Source of the DNA: Antedon mediterranea
Lineage: Eukaryota > Animalia > Echinodermata
Assembly: GCF_964355755.1 (NCBI RefSeq)
Contig: NC_092676.1
Coordinates: 16,572,871 to 16,636,870, forward strand
Reading direction: 5' to 3'
Length of the DNA stretch: 64,000 bases
A program made the position numbers and the translations under genes. Within the stretch, counting starts at the first letter, position 1, and the number at the start of each line of letters is the position of its first letter. A model generated the notes under the pieces. It saw nothing but the letters and a program-made list of their open reading frames with translations. It ran no database searches and had not been told where the DNA came from. Below are positions 52,306 to 64,000 of the stretch, one piece after another.

Positions 52306-52425
52306 GTTCGAACTGAAGAAAACAACTACATTCATATGAAAATTCACAAGGTATTTGGCGGTGACGTCACATTTACCTGTCTCGTGGACAACAAAGCAAA
52401 GAGTGATGAAATCCTTTATTTCTGA
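52306..52425 (+). CDS. Stefin gene 2 exon 3
   Basis: VRTEENNYIHMKIHKVFGGDVTFTCLVDNKAKSDEILYF*; C-terminus resembles stefin B NKAKHDELTYF. Confidence 0.9.
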   Translation, partial: VRTEENNYIHMKIHKVFGGDVTFTCLVDNKAKSDEILYF

Positions 52426-54454
52426 AGAAAAAAAAAGCCGGAAATACTGCATTTTTGTTATTATAAATTAAAAAGGCCAGGTGAAGCTTGTAACTGATGA
52501 CTGCCTAATTTTAAGCCGATTGAATAACATGCCTAGCCAGTTATATTTAGTATTCTTATGAAATACAGGCCATGAGAAACCTAGGCTTCTCACTGAACTA
52601 ATCGAACGATGGATAAAGTAATATGGCCTACACTTGATCGTTGGCTACTATTACAGTACTAAAAATAATGTCTCAAACAGTTTTTTTATTATTATTTTTT
52701 TATTTGTATTCTGTTAATATCTTTGGACATGTAACATTTAATAACTAATTATTTGCGTCAGGGAGCTAGTCAGATGTTTGACTTCATGGGCTCTAGGCCT
52801 ACTCCTAGCGACCCAGAAGTAGTGGGTTCGAGTGCCACCAGCATAATGTACTTAGTATAAAGTAGGGTATAGGTCTAATCTGATCAATTAAGCTTGGAGA
52901 CATAACACATTCATGTTTTGAATAAGTTAAGAGATCATTTTAAATTAGGAAAAATTGGATTTGTAAAAATTATTTATTAAGAACAACATTGAACAATGGT
53001 AATATAAAATTGAATCGATTTTTGTTATGTTTTTATTATTAAACATGACGTGATTATACAAAGTTTACAATGTAAGGTCTACTTAAACAATATTCTTATA
53101 TGGACAAAACAATCATAAACAATAACATAAAATGACTATTTTATACCGCCAGGATTGTTTGTTCAATGTGTATAGAGTTATTGTTGTTGCCTAATGTATA
53201 GAGTTAGGCCTATTGTGGTTGCTGCTTTGAAATGCGAGTGGAAAATAAAATAGAACATGTATTTTCACAGATACTTTACAAATAATTTCCACCCATATGT
53301 TGGTAAAATGACCTTGGGGTTGACAGATTTTATTCAATAATATTGTTTACAGACAAATTTCAATGAACAATAATCCAGCGTAAAAACACACAATACGTCG
53401 TACACTTTATGTCTGTCAAGGGCTTTGTTATTTCAGTTCACACCTTTTTCTTTTATTTATTTAGAAAGATCACATCGTTATGTTGGGCTTTCTTTTCAAG
53501 TTCCTGTACTTCTTATTCGATACGAGCTATTTTATTCCAATATGAATATATTTGTTAACATACATTTGTTAATTATACATTATAGTATACTATATGCTTT
53601 TGTTATTATCCGAACTTTGATCCTAAAATATTAATAATGATAAAAAAAGTTCACACAATATTACGGTATCTATAAAGTTCCCACAACGCAAACGAATGGA
53701 CATGTGCATTTTTTATCTATTAAGCTCTGTCTACACTACCAAACTTGATGGGACTAAAAAATGTGAACATGATGTCATATCACCACCATATTTGGACATA
53801 TAACTATATTTGGGCACATCACACCTTTTTTTGTCAAACTAGTTTGAAAGTGTAGATAGAGAACTAGAATACTTTGACATTGACATAGAATTGATAGAAT
53901 ACCGTACACATTCTGGCATTTACATTATAATACAAATTAACAACGTGTTAGAACCATTGTGATTGATTGGTTATTACCTATGGATGGCCACATGATCTAC
54001 CATTCGGACTATTTAGTCATTAAAAATCGCCCCATGAAGTCACCACGACCAACACCACCCCATCTACAGATGCGGGCATGGTTAGCTAACTACGCGAGAT
54101 TTAAAGATATCTGGACATATTGGGGAGCCGGGAAAAAAAGATCAACTAAATCGAAAACTGAAGTCTATTCCGGATTCTATGATACTAGAAGAAGTTGTAC
54201 GTGCCGTAAGTAGTACCAGAGTCGGCCTTACGCAGGTACCTGGAATGCCGCCGTGACATCACCTTACCAAAGTTGCGTCGCGTGATGCGGGCGCACCACA
54301 TCGCATCGAAAAGGACGCAACCACCCTTTACCACCAACTGCCCGAAATAAGCAAAACTACAAAAATCAGCCTGAAGCCTTTTGGTTCAAACGTTGAACCT
54401 GCGGCAAAATATGATATTCAAGGTGGCGCAAAGTTCCGGTAATCAATGCCATTC

Positions 54455-55506
54455 CAGGGCCGTAGCCAGGATCTGTCAAGGGGGGGGGGGGGGGGGGGTT
54501 CGCACACTAAGTATTTGGGTCACCCCCCCCCCCCCCCCGCCCCCCTGGGGTGGGGCCTGAGGCGAAGCAAATTTTGTTGAATGACACCCCTAGATGGCCG
54601 GAAAAGACACTCTCATGCAGCATTCTACCAATGAGCAAAACGATCGTACTTGGACTCGTGGACTATTTAAACGATAACATTTGTTGCCGTATGTTAGATG
54701 CGCGTGCTCTGTGCGGAATCCGCCGATTGTTTGATCATTTACTCGATATTTTGTTTTGCGTTCAAGTTCAATGCGAACGTACGTCTAGGAGAAGCCACGA
54801 AAAAGCACACTGGGTGAAGGCAAATGCAATTCTTATTATAGCTCTATCTATAATATTTATTTACAGCAATTTGTTGAGGAAATTAAATATGCCAATGTAA
54901 ATAGGTGATATTGATACATTTGAGTACGTATCGGCTGGTGGTCTAGAAAAAAATAATCGAATGCCATAATGTGAACTACAGTACATGATACCATAGATAT
55001 TATAGTGTAAAATATTAATATTCACTACATACATACATTATACTTCATAGCCACACATAAATACTGATGTATGTCGGAAGGCTATATACTTTATGCATGC
55101 TGCCTGACTGCCAGTGATCTAAACAATTGGTACGCAGTTGTCTGGCGGTGTCCTTTGTACGAATCGTTCGTCCCCTAGCTCGCTGTGAGACGCGTCAATA
55201 TCATGTTGAATGCAGGGACCAAACATTTATTTTTCAGGTTAAAATCGGCAATTCATTTGCAACTCTTAGAAATTTACAGACTATATCGCTCGAAGTACGC
55301 TCATACAGGGAAGAAGGTACTGTATGAGTTATTCCGAACGAGTTTACGAATTACGGGCACGTATTTGGACGATTTTCGGAGATGAGGGTGAGGTATTGGG
55401 CATGTCGGGGATGGGGGTTCGCAGTCGGTTAAGGGGGGTTCGCTGTAAAGGGGGGGGGGGGGGGGTTCGCCCGAACCATAAAACCCCCTCCCTGGCTACG
55501 GGCCTG
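54455..55506. mobile_element. Non-autonomous hAT-like element with 5-bp TSD
   Basis: TIR CAGGGCCGTAGCCAGG / CCTGGCTACGGGCCTG; CATTC on both sides; poly-G and GGTTCGC subterminal motifs. Confidence 0.85.
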
Positions 55507-55647
55507 CATTCAGTCAAATTTATATAAGAGGGGGCCCTGTTTTTATAATTTTGTGTTTATTACTTGTATGATGTATCATGATTTTCATTACATCTAGCCT
55601 ATTTCAAATCTTTTTTTATGGTGGTTATGTGTGAATTTCCACCCTCA

Positions 55648-55847
55648 AGCTGATTTTTCACTAGGCGAATTTGTTAGCGCGAATCGAAAGCGTTAGTTTA
55701 TACGCATGCGTAGATAGGGATTTGGAAGATGGAAACATGAATACGCATGCGTAGATAGGGATTTGGAAGATGGAAACATGAATACGCATGCGTATAACCT
55801 GACGCATTCGATTCGCTCGAACAAATTCGCCTAGTGGAAAATCGGCT
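55648..55847. mobile_element. Harbinger-type MITE with TCA TSD
   Basis: TIR AGCTGATTTTTCACTAGGCGAATTTGTT / AACAAATTCGCCTAGTGGAAAATCGGCT; internal 41-bp tandem duplication. Confidence 0.85.
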
Positions 55848-55849
55848 TC

Positions 55850-56720
55850 AGATAAAACATTCAACGCATCGCAGGTGTTGCAGACGTTAAGCGACAGTTT
55901 TAGTGAAATTGATGACTCGGACACTGATAAGGACTACGAAGACACTGGTGAATCTGACTACATCACCAGCTCTGAAGAAGAGACGACTGTGGTTACACAA
56001 TAAACCCGACAACGAACTAGAAAACAACGGGGGAGGAAGCAATTGTCAGCCATCCATTCCAGAAGGACAGCCACATATTGAAGAAAGCAGACAGTCAGTT
56101 GTGAAAGAGTTGCAGCCACCAGTCACTGCAGGTGATGGGCAGCCACCAGTCATTGATGTTGGACAACCTCTATCCGTAGAAGAAGATCAGCCGACAACGA
56201 ACTATAAAACAACAGGGAGGAAGCAATTGTCAGCCATCTATTGCAGAAGAAGGGCAGCCACATATTGATGAAAGCAGACAGCCAGTTGTATAAGATTTGC
56301 AGCCACCAGTCATTACAAGTGATGGGCAGCCACCAATCATTGAAGTTAGACAGCCGCCAACCATTGAAGAGGCGCAGCCACTTGTCTTAGCTGGAGTTAA
56401 ACAACCACCAGTCATTGAAGAGGGGGAGCAACCAATCAATGCAAAAGTGGGACACCCACCTATTCAAAACAGGTTCACAATAAAAAAAATGTCCCAAACT
56501 GCATCTTGGAAAAAAAAAAAGGAAGCAAGCATGTGTAACTGATCAAGCGCATACTGACTCAAGAGACATAAAAAAGCAGCAGCCTTCCCAGCCATCCAAC
56601 TGTGAAAATGGTAGGTTCAGGTGCTCTGATAAATTTTCAGAAAAAGACAGGGAAGCTATTTGTAATGAATACTGGAGAATGGGAGACAATGCCCGTCAGA
56701 AAGAAAACAAAAGTTATGTT
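55850..56720 (+). pseudogene. Decayed N-terminal part of a DNA transposase (Sola-like) with QPPV repeats
   Basis: Acidic start (SEIDDSDTDKDYEDTGESDY), ~190-bp internal duplication, then NCENGRFRCSDKFSEKDREAICNEYWRMGDNARQKE resembling the Sola N-terminal Cys motif; frameshifted. Confidence 0.45.
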
Positions 56721-56789
56721 AATTCGAGGGAAAAACGTTCTAGCCCAGATGGTGATATTAATACTGTATTTTCTTAAATGGTAAAAAGC

Positions 56790-57725
56790 TTGACAATTCT
56801 AAGCACACTCGATATCTAGGTGTAGAAATTGACGAACATTTAACGTGGAACTATCATGTTAGGGATCTGTGTAAGTCACTTGGACCCACATTTTACAATT
56901 TTTAACAAAGTAAGTAGATTTCTAAACAAAAGCCTTCTAGAATGACTATACAGCCATGTAGCGACTATGCCATTTCTGTATGGGGAAATACATCTGAAAC
57001 AAATATAATTAAAATATTTAGGTTTAAAAAACGAGCGGCAAGAATAACTACAAAGAACCACGACTTCATAAACAGTAGGGGTGAAAACATAGTTAAACAA
57101 TTATCTTCTGAGACATTAAATGTTGTTCCCCCGATACAAAACACGAATAAAATGAAAGAACAATCACTGAGGGTAGCAGGGGCAAACATATGGAATAACA
57201 TACATTTTGACATTCAAAATTCAATCTTTATTAATGCGTTCAAATCGAGTTATAAAAACACATTTTTTTTATCTAGGGAAATACTTTAAACACGTTTTAA
57301 ATCTGTTTAATGTATTTTTTATGTGGTGTATTCTTTTTATGAACATCTTTGTTAACTTGGATTTTTAATCATAATTTTGTATTTTTAATGTATGGTTCTT
57401 AAAGTTTAGTATTATTTTAGACTGTTTAATTTTAACATTTTTACTATTTTAAAGAAACTATGTATTATATAATTTTATGAACATCTTTGTTAACTTAGAT
57501 TTTTAATCATAATTTTGTATTTTTAATGTATGGTTTTCACATTTTAGTATTATTTTAGACTGTTTAATTTTAACATGTTTTACTATTTTTAAGAAACGAT
57601 GTATTATATAATCATGTATGTTATGTTTTATGCTGGACCTTTTGAAAAACAACAATGTCCCCTTTGTGAGACAACGTTGATATTGTCATCCAGTAGAAAT
57701 ATGTTTATAAATAGATAAAATAAAA
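56790..57725 (+). mobile_element. 5'-truncated CR1/L2-group LINE
   Basis: TRYLGVEIDEHLTWNYHV and IQPCSDYAISVWGN...KKRAARI post-RT motifs; 3' UTR with a ~140-bp tandem duplication and AATAAA end. Confidence 0.8.
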
Positions 57726-57989
57726 AGATTGTTTGTTGACAAATGTCAAGGTGTATGCCATCCCGTCCCAAAGAGAACGTCAGCGTGAGAAGAATTCAAC
57801 CTACACCTCCTCTTCCTAGGTAACAAATAATGTGGGGCCCTTATGGGGAAATTCGGGGCCATATTATGGGCTAGCCCTTACTATACCTAACCCTTCTATC
57901 ATACCGCAATGTATGCACATCGGGTAGCCCACTTGTCTGTTATTTTCTAATTTGTTTGTTTATTGTTTTTGGTTCAACCGATATTTTTA

Positions 57990-59040
57990 TTAGAGTACCC
58001 AGATGATCAGCAGTCAGAAGAAGATTTTTCGGAAGATGAGGACTTTACGAGCCCGAGTCTACCACCATCACCAATGCCAGACACCCCACATCGAAGTAGT
58101 AGGCCTAAACCTCCTCAGAGTCAAAGCTCAATAGCTTCAATCCGGGTTCTACAAGTTCCGTAATGAAAACCGCGAGAAAGTGACTTTTTTCTTGTTTGCT
58201 CTGATACTTCTTGCGACGTTTTACTTTTCTATGAATGTAAAAAGATATAAAATATAATAAAAATAAATAAAATATTGTATACTGATTTAACAGTTAAACA
58301 TATCTGTGATATTCCGTTCTTTCCACTTTCTTTTGATAACTTGCAGGATTTCAACCCACAGTTTTTAAAGTTTTGGTAATGTGCAAAAGCAACTGGAACG
58401 CAACACCTCCCTTTTGCTAGACTTCAAACAGAAAAGGTCAATGTTAATGTTGTTGAAATTGATGAACACAAGACATTCGGACTTCCATTGACAACTGTTG
58501 ATGAATTAGAAGAATTCGAGAAGAAACTTGAAGATACAGAATTTTCGAAGAAAATAGTAAGGAAAATTACATACATACGTATAGTATACAGATTACAGTA
58601 TATTGTTTTAATTTGAAGTCAACAGCGAGGAGCTTGCCACCTTACATAATATAATACATGTAGGAATACAGACAAAACAAAGCACACTTAAACCTACTTC
58701 TTAAACATTTCTTAATTTTGGATTGCAAAATCATTTGTATATTTGTTGCAATTGTTATTGAGTGTTTGAAAGTGAATTAGGCATTCAGTACAAACCTAAA
58801 CAGGAAAACATTGCCATTATATTTACTATAAAAGTAAGAGTATTTCAGATCAGTTGCGGAAATTGCATTAATATGTTTACCGATAAATGAAACAATAGCT
58901 TTTTTTCCTTTTTTTTTTGCAGATTTCTAACTTAAGTTTAATTTGGTGGCAGAAATTGGAAAGTTGATTTTCGCATATTTAATAACGGACAATTTGGCAT
59001 CCACACATTTCCATTCGGCAAGCAAAAGGATTATCAAGGG
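57990..59040 (+). pseudogene. Decayed spliced DUF4806-like transposon accessory gene
   Basis: Exon-like pieces ...FGLPLTTVDELEEFEKKLEDTEFSKKI|GTAAG and TTGCAG|ISNLSLI-GGRNWK...LITDNLA; frameshifts. Confidence 0.45.
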
Positions 59041-59100
59041 GCCGTGCAGTGGCTATGAATCGTGTTGTGGTAGGAAACTATATATATTATATATATATTA

Positions 59101-60385
59101 GAAGGTATTCTGAACAGTGAACACCTGCGCAACTCACCCAGCAAAATCTACAATATGGATGAGTCTGGCTGTCAATTGGTAAACAAACCAGGAAAGGTGC
59201 TTGCTGTGAAGGGGAAGCGCTCTGTAGTTTCCATAAAAAATGCCGAGAGGGGAGAAAATGTTGGTTGGTGTAATGCTGCTGGCGGTTATGTACCACCATA
59301 CATATATCATGAAAGGCAAGAGAAGGAAGGATGAATGGCTAACTCCTGGATCTAAACTGGCCATGTCGGACACCAGCTACATTAATAAAGAGATTTTTTG
59401 GATTGGTTAAAACATTTCAGACAGCACGCATCAGTAGGAAAAGTCATCCTGATAATGGACTGGCATGGTTCTTATGTACAGTCTATTGATGCCATTAAAT
59501 TTGCAATGGCTAATGACATTATAATGGTTTGCTTACCATCACACACCACCAAATACTTGCAGCCACTTGACAGGACCCTTTTCAAGTCAATGAAGTCGTA
59601 TTATAAAAGCAGCTACCAACAACTGGATGAGAAACCATCCAGGAAAAGGTATTACAAAATACAAATTCCCAGCCCTTTTCTACAACACATGGGGAAAGAC
59701 TGCCAACAGTCAACAATGCAGTGTCTGGATTCAAGGCATGTGGGATATTTCCATTTAAGCCCCAAGCAATTCCAGATGAAGCCTATGACCGTTAACATTT
59801 TCAGAGAGACCAAATCCAGACAACCAACAACCCAGCAGATGACCCAGCAATCCTGGAAGAACCAGAAGACATACCTGGACCGTCTGCTCCATGTGTCCTA
59901 ACAATGGCTGACTTTTAAACATTTGATAAAATAATACAGCTACCAACTGTGGAAAGAATTGTCGGCAAGGCCAAACGAAGGGCCGGATTGATCACATCAC
60001 TAGCTTATGTGGATAGTTTAAAGGATCCAGGTATTCTTTTAATACATTGTATATTTTAACTTTTTATGTATGAATATCGAATAAAATCAATCAATCAATC
60101 AATCAAGCAGAAAGTGCTGCTGGACAGAAAAAAAAAAGGAAAAACAACTGGAAAAGGAAAGAAGGGAGGAAATAATAAAGGAAAAGAAAAGGCTCAAGCA
60201 AAACAGAACAATACAATTCCCGAAGGAGCAGATGATGACATTAAGAATTATTGTGGGGTGTGCAATGGTTTTTTCTATGACGATGAATTCGAAGAAGAGT
60301 GGATAGCATGCCAAGTGTGCAGTACTTTAGTTTCATGAGTCTTGTGCAATTAAGGCTGAATTTATCTGTACTGTATGCACATAAA
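59101..60385 (+). pseudogene. Frameshifted pogo/Tigger-family DDE_1 transposase with C-terminal PHD-like finger
   Basis: IYNMDESG...CNAAGGYVPP...ILIMDWHGS...CLPSHTTKYLQPLD (catalytic motifs); later YCGVCNG...EWIACQVC..HESC. Confidence 0.8.
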
Positions 60386-60479
60386 CTTAATGCTGAACTG
60401 TATTAGCGAAAGATTCTGTACTGAAAAATTCTGTACTGTTAAGAGAATGATTTTCTTATTATTTTATTATTAATATCTC

Positions 60480-62914
60480 TGTCACGAACTCCTCTCACGT
60501 ATGTTTCCGAGCGGTTGAAAATACTTTAGGAACTCCCTTGTGACATAAAAGTATACACACAAAATCCACAAAGTTGTAAAATACAATACAATATCCAACC
60601 TCTAATCCAACAACCTTACAATAGTTTACATCCCTTTATATACAAGATGCTCCTATCCTTCGAGATCATTCTTTATACTTCTCATTATTACATGATTACA
60701 GTTTCTATTAATAGCACTTCTGGAATGTTCTTGATTGTTCTTATTAATTATACATGATTTCTTAAATCAAAACATCTTATTCTAGAATGTTCATGTAAAT
60801 ACTATATTACTCTATATGTTAGGGAATGGTAATTTATTACACTCCCCCCTCTTTCTGAGCTCAAAACTCTTTCTTGGAGTTTTGAGGGGCAAGTATACAC
60901 GGACGTGGCAAAATTTAACCCACTCCTAGTTTATAAAACTTAAATACGCCATAATAACATATAGAACATAATTATTAATGAAAACTAATAATGAACCAAC
61001 AATATTCATGTAAATTTGTCGGAATGGTTCACTAATTACTGACATAGGAATCATCGGTGCCTTCAATTTAGTTTTATACTTTGAAGTTTTCTGACAATTC
61101 TCACAAGTGTTGCAATATTCAGTCACATCCTTTCTAATACCAGGCCAAAAGAATCTTTGCTTTATCCTATCTAATGTCTTTTTCCTACCTAAATGACCTG
61201 CCAAAGGAATATAATGTGATACTTTCAATACACTATTACGGCAAGGGTATGGAACTACTAATTGCTCTATTGGTTCTGTCTGGTGTTTAGTGAAAACTTG
61301 CCTAAATAACATTCCATCCTTACAGACTATCTTTATAGTGTCATCATCTTTCTGTACTAACATCTGTTCTCGAAGTGGAATTAGAGTTCTATCCATAACC
61401 TGAAAATCCTTAATTTTATCTCTGCCAATATCTAAAATGTCTAATTCACTATCTTGGCTAGATTGAGCTTCCTTTGTTTTTGCAAACTCTTTCCTAACTT
61501 TTCGTTTCTCACTTCTGGTTTTATGAACTTTTTCCTTTGGAGGGTTGTCACTGAGTAGTTGGCCATCTAAATGTCCAAATTCTTCTTGAAAATTAACCAC
61601 ATCATCTAACTGACGTGAAATAACCCCAGAAGCTTTTTCCGAATTTAATTCGTTTTCCTCTCTTAGTTTTTCTTTTCTAGCATGATCTCTAGTGTCAACT
61701 TCAGGAGTGCCTTTCACTGTTTTCTCCTGGTTGTTTCGATTTTTGTGTTTCCTATTTTGAAACTTTTTCTAAAAAAAATGTTCTATCATCTGCCGCATCA
61801 TAAGATTCTGTTGCTGCATTTGCTGTTGCATTTGCTGCTGCATCATAAGATTCAACTGTTGCATTTGGTGCTGCATCAACAACCAAACATTTTTTGAAGA
61901 TGAGTCAGCCCCTGTAGGGTTATGTCCACTGGTTGGTCCAGACTCTTCTGCCTGTTGTTCAGGTTGTATTGACTGAACCGATTCTACATCAGAATCAGAT
62001 TCATCGCCGCCGCTGTATTCTCTACTGGATCTTGTTGTTGATTGTTTATCAGCCATATTTTAAATCTGGATGAGGGTCTTCTTACTAGTTAATCGTAGTT
62101 ACCGAGACGTTCACAAGTCTACTGTTCCAAATAGATAATGTACTGTTCTTAAAACAATGTGTGTGTACTTACGATTAGACAAAACGTAGCACCACGGCTT
62201 CCGTAAAATATCACAGTATCGTAAGTACCGCTTCCTCAAAATATCAATAAAAGTATAGTTGATCCTACAACAGCCACCACTCTATGGCAAAATACAGTAG
62301 ATCAAACTGCTACCACAAAATATCACAACAGTAGAAAAATACACAGTTAAGTCGAACAGTAGATCGAAATAACCGCTACCACCAAATTAGGCTGAACACC
62401 GCTGCCACCAAATTAGGCTGAACACCACTGCCACCAAATTTTGTCGAACACCGCTGCCACCAAATTATGTCACGAACTCCTCTCACGTATGTTTCCGAGC
62501 GGTTGAAAATACTTTAGGAACTCCCTTGTGACATAAAAGTATACACACAAAATCCACAAAGTTGTAAAATAACTCAAAACAAAGCTTTAATTTCAATCAA
62601 CTTCAACTTTTAACAATCCAGTAAGCACTTTAAACAACAGCTTTACAATGACTTTACAATACAATATCCAACCTCTAATCCAACAACCTTACAATAGTTT
62701 ACATCCCTTTATATACAAGATGCTCCTATCCTTCTAGATCATTCTTTATACTTCTCATTATTACATGATTACAGTTTCTATTAATAGCACTTCTGGAATG
62801 TTCTTGATTGTTCTTATTAATTATACATGATTTCTTAAATCAAAACATCTTATTCTAGAATGTTCATGTAAATACTATGTTACTCTATATGTTAGGGAAT
62901 GGTAATTTATTACA
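60480..62914 (-). mobile_element. Internally deleted Ty3/gypsy (Gmr1-like) LTR retrotransposon
   Basis: TG...CA LTRs at 62468-62914 (5') and 60480-60841 (3'); TSD ATCTC (60475-60479, 62915-62919); PPT next to 60842; tRNA-Leu-type PBS TGGTGGCAGCGGTG at 62449-62462; gag-like N-terminus 61769-62056. Confidence 0.92.
60926..61717 (-). pseudogene. Truncated pol fragment: linker plus integrase H2C2 zinc finger
   Basis: QLVVP...SHYIPLAGHLGRKKTLDRIKQRFFWPGIRKDVTEYCNTCENCQK...EPF; ends before the DDE core; no RNase H upstream, consistent with PR-INT-RT order or with deletion. Confidence 0.8.
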
Positions 62915-63339
62915 ATCTCATACATTACAAATAATATCATAAATTTAATATTATTCAATTGTTGAAATGATAGTAAACCTCATGTTAGTACTGTATGAGA
63001 AATAAATTTAAGCAAAAGAGTTTAAAAGTCTCTTTTGGCCATGATTTGTATTGTGTTTTTTACAGGGGCCATTTCACCTGAACCGGTGAGGTGAAATGAA
63101 CCCTTAGCCTCTGACCCCGAATCATTTGCTTTTGCTCCGTGTTGGCTCAAATGTTTACCCGCCAACTTATCAGGAAAGATACATAGGCCTATAGCAGCAA
63201 CTGACCTGACCGACAAGCATATTTTGCGTCGATAGGTAAGAGGAGAAAAACATGCCACCTCTACAACGGCGATGCACAAGTCCAGCCAAATATAAAGGTA
63301 CGATACTGTATGGTCTTAGGTCTTAAAGAAAGAAGAAGA

Positions 63340-64000
63340 AATGGACTCAGTTACTGGAAAACTCTAACAGAGTTATCCCTACAGATTTGACAATATAGGT
63401 AATTTTACGAAACCATATCACAGTTATGGACACAGATACTCTTCGTACATAACAAAACTTTCAGGACAGATAACTTGATGACTTTGAAGTAAAAGGTATC
63501 ACAAAAAATATATGAACCGACTGAATGAGTAAGTTCGATAACATAATTAATTAAACTTAGATGGATCAGAGAGAATTTTCCTAATTACCCAAATCAAATC
63601 AAGAGAAGTCACCAGACGACATCAACATTAGACGAGCTTACTCACAAATTCAAAATGCTTCTCCAAACTCGTCGCCGGCTTAACAATGCTTTCCCAGAGA
63701 GAACACTGAACTGAATAAAAGGCCGAAATCTTTTCAAAACAACTTGTAATATAAGATTAAACGACCAGAAATAAATTATTTGACATAGTCTAAAGAAGAC
63801 GAGACGAGAGAAGACGAAAAAAAAAGACATAATCCAACAATTCACCCGGAATCGTCTAGGAGCTGCAAACATTTCTTGGCAACTACACTGGCCTCTTAAT
63901 TGAGTGGACAAAAGTATGACAGTCCAGAGTTTATATAATTGAACCAAAGCATCAAATCCAAGGCTACAAAACACTGAAAAATGTTATACAACAAAAAAAT
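63340..64000 (+). mobile_element. Highly degenerate Ty3/gypsy reverse transcriptase fragments
   Basis: Pieces FDNIGNFTKPYH, LDDFEVKGI, EPTE*VSSI, IKRSHQTTSTLDELTHKF and FSKL with stops and frameshifts. Confidence 0.6.

Noticed and set aside
52423-52530. Selenocysteine readthrough of the stefin-2 TGA
   Set aside because: The TGA falls at the canonical stefin C-terminus (YF*) and no convincing SECIS fold was seen

Overview
AT-rich, intron-containing animal genomic DNA, probably from an invertebrate deuterostome such as an echinoderm (inference from gene similarity and repeat style). Five complete spliced genes can be built by hand with GT-AG boundaries and consistent phases. They are a BAK1-like Bcl-2 family effector (+, 4 coding exons, 205 aa), a type-1 cystatin/stefin (+, 3 exons, 104 aa), MRPL19 (-, 5 exons, 293 aa) head-to-head with the pseudokinase STK40 (+, 7 coding exons, 777 aa with a long N-terminal insert), and a second stefin (+, 3 exons, 106 aa). 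Introns and intergenic DNA are packed with non-autonomous elements (Helitron/Helentron-like, hAT-like with 8-bp and 5-bp TSDs, Harbinger-, Kolobok- and Tc1/mariner-type MITEs, SINEs, foldbacks) and tandem repeats with 50-, 20- and 38-bp units. The last ~10 kb is decayed transposon sequence, including an internally deleted Gmr1-like Ty3/gypsy LTR element with both LTRs, a TSD, a PPT and a polarised tandem array of tRNA-Leu primer-binding sites. Highlights are the PBS array, a Bak BH3 motif lacking its conserved Asp, TAGGCCTA/CTAG-rich tracts just inside three gene starts, and the STK40 insert. All family assignments come from recalled motifs; no database search was run.
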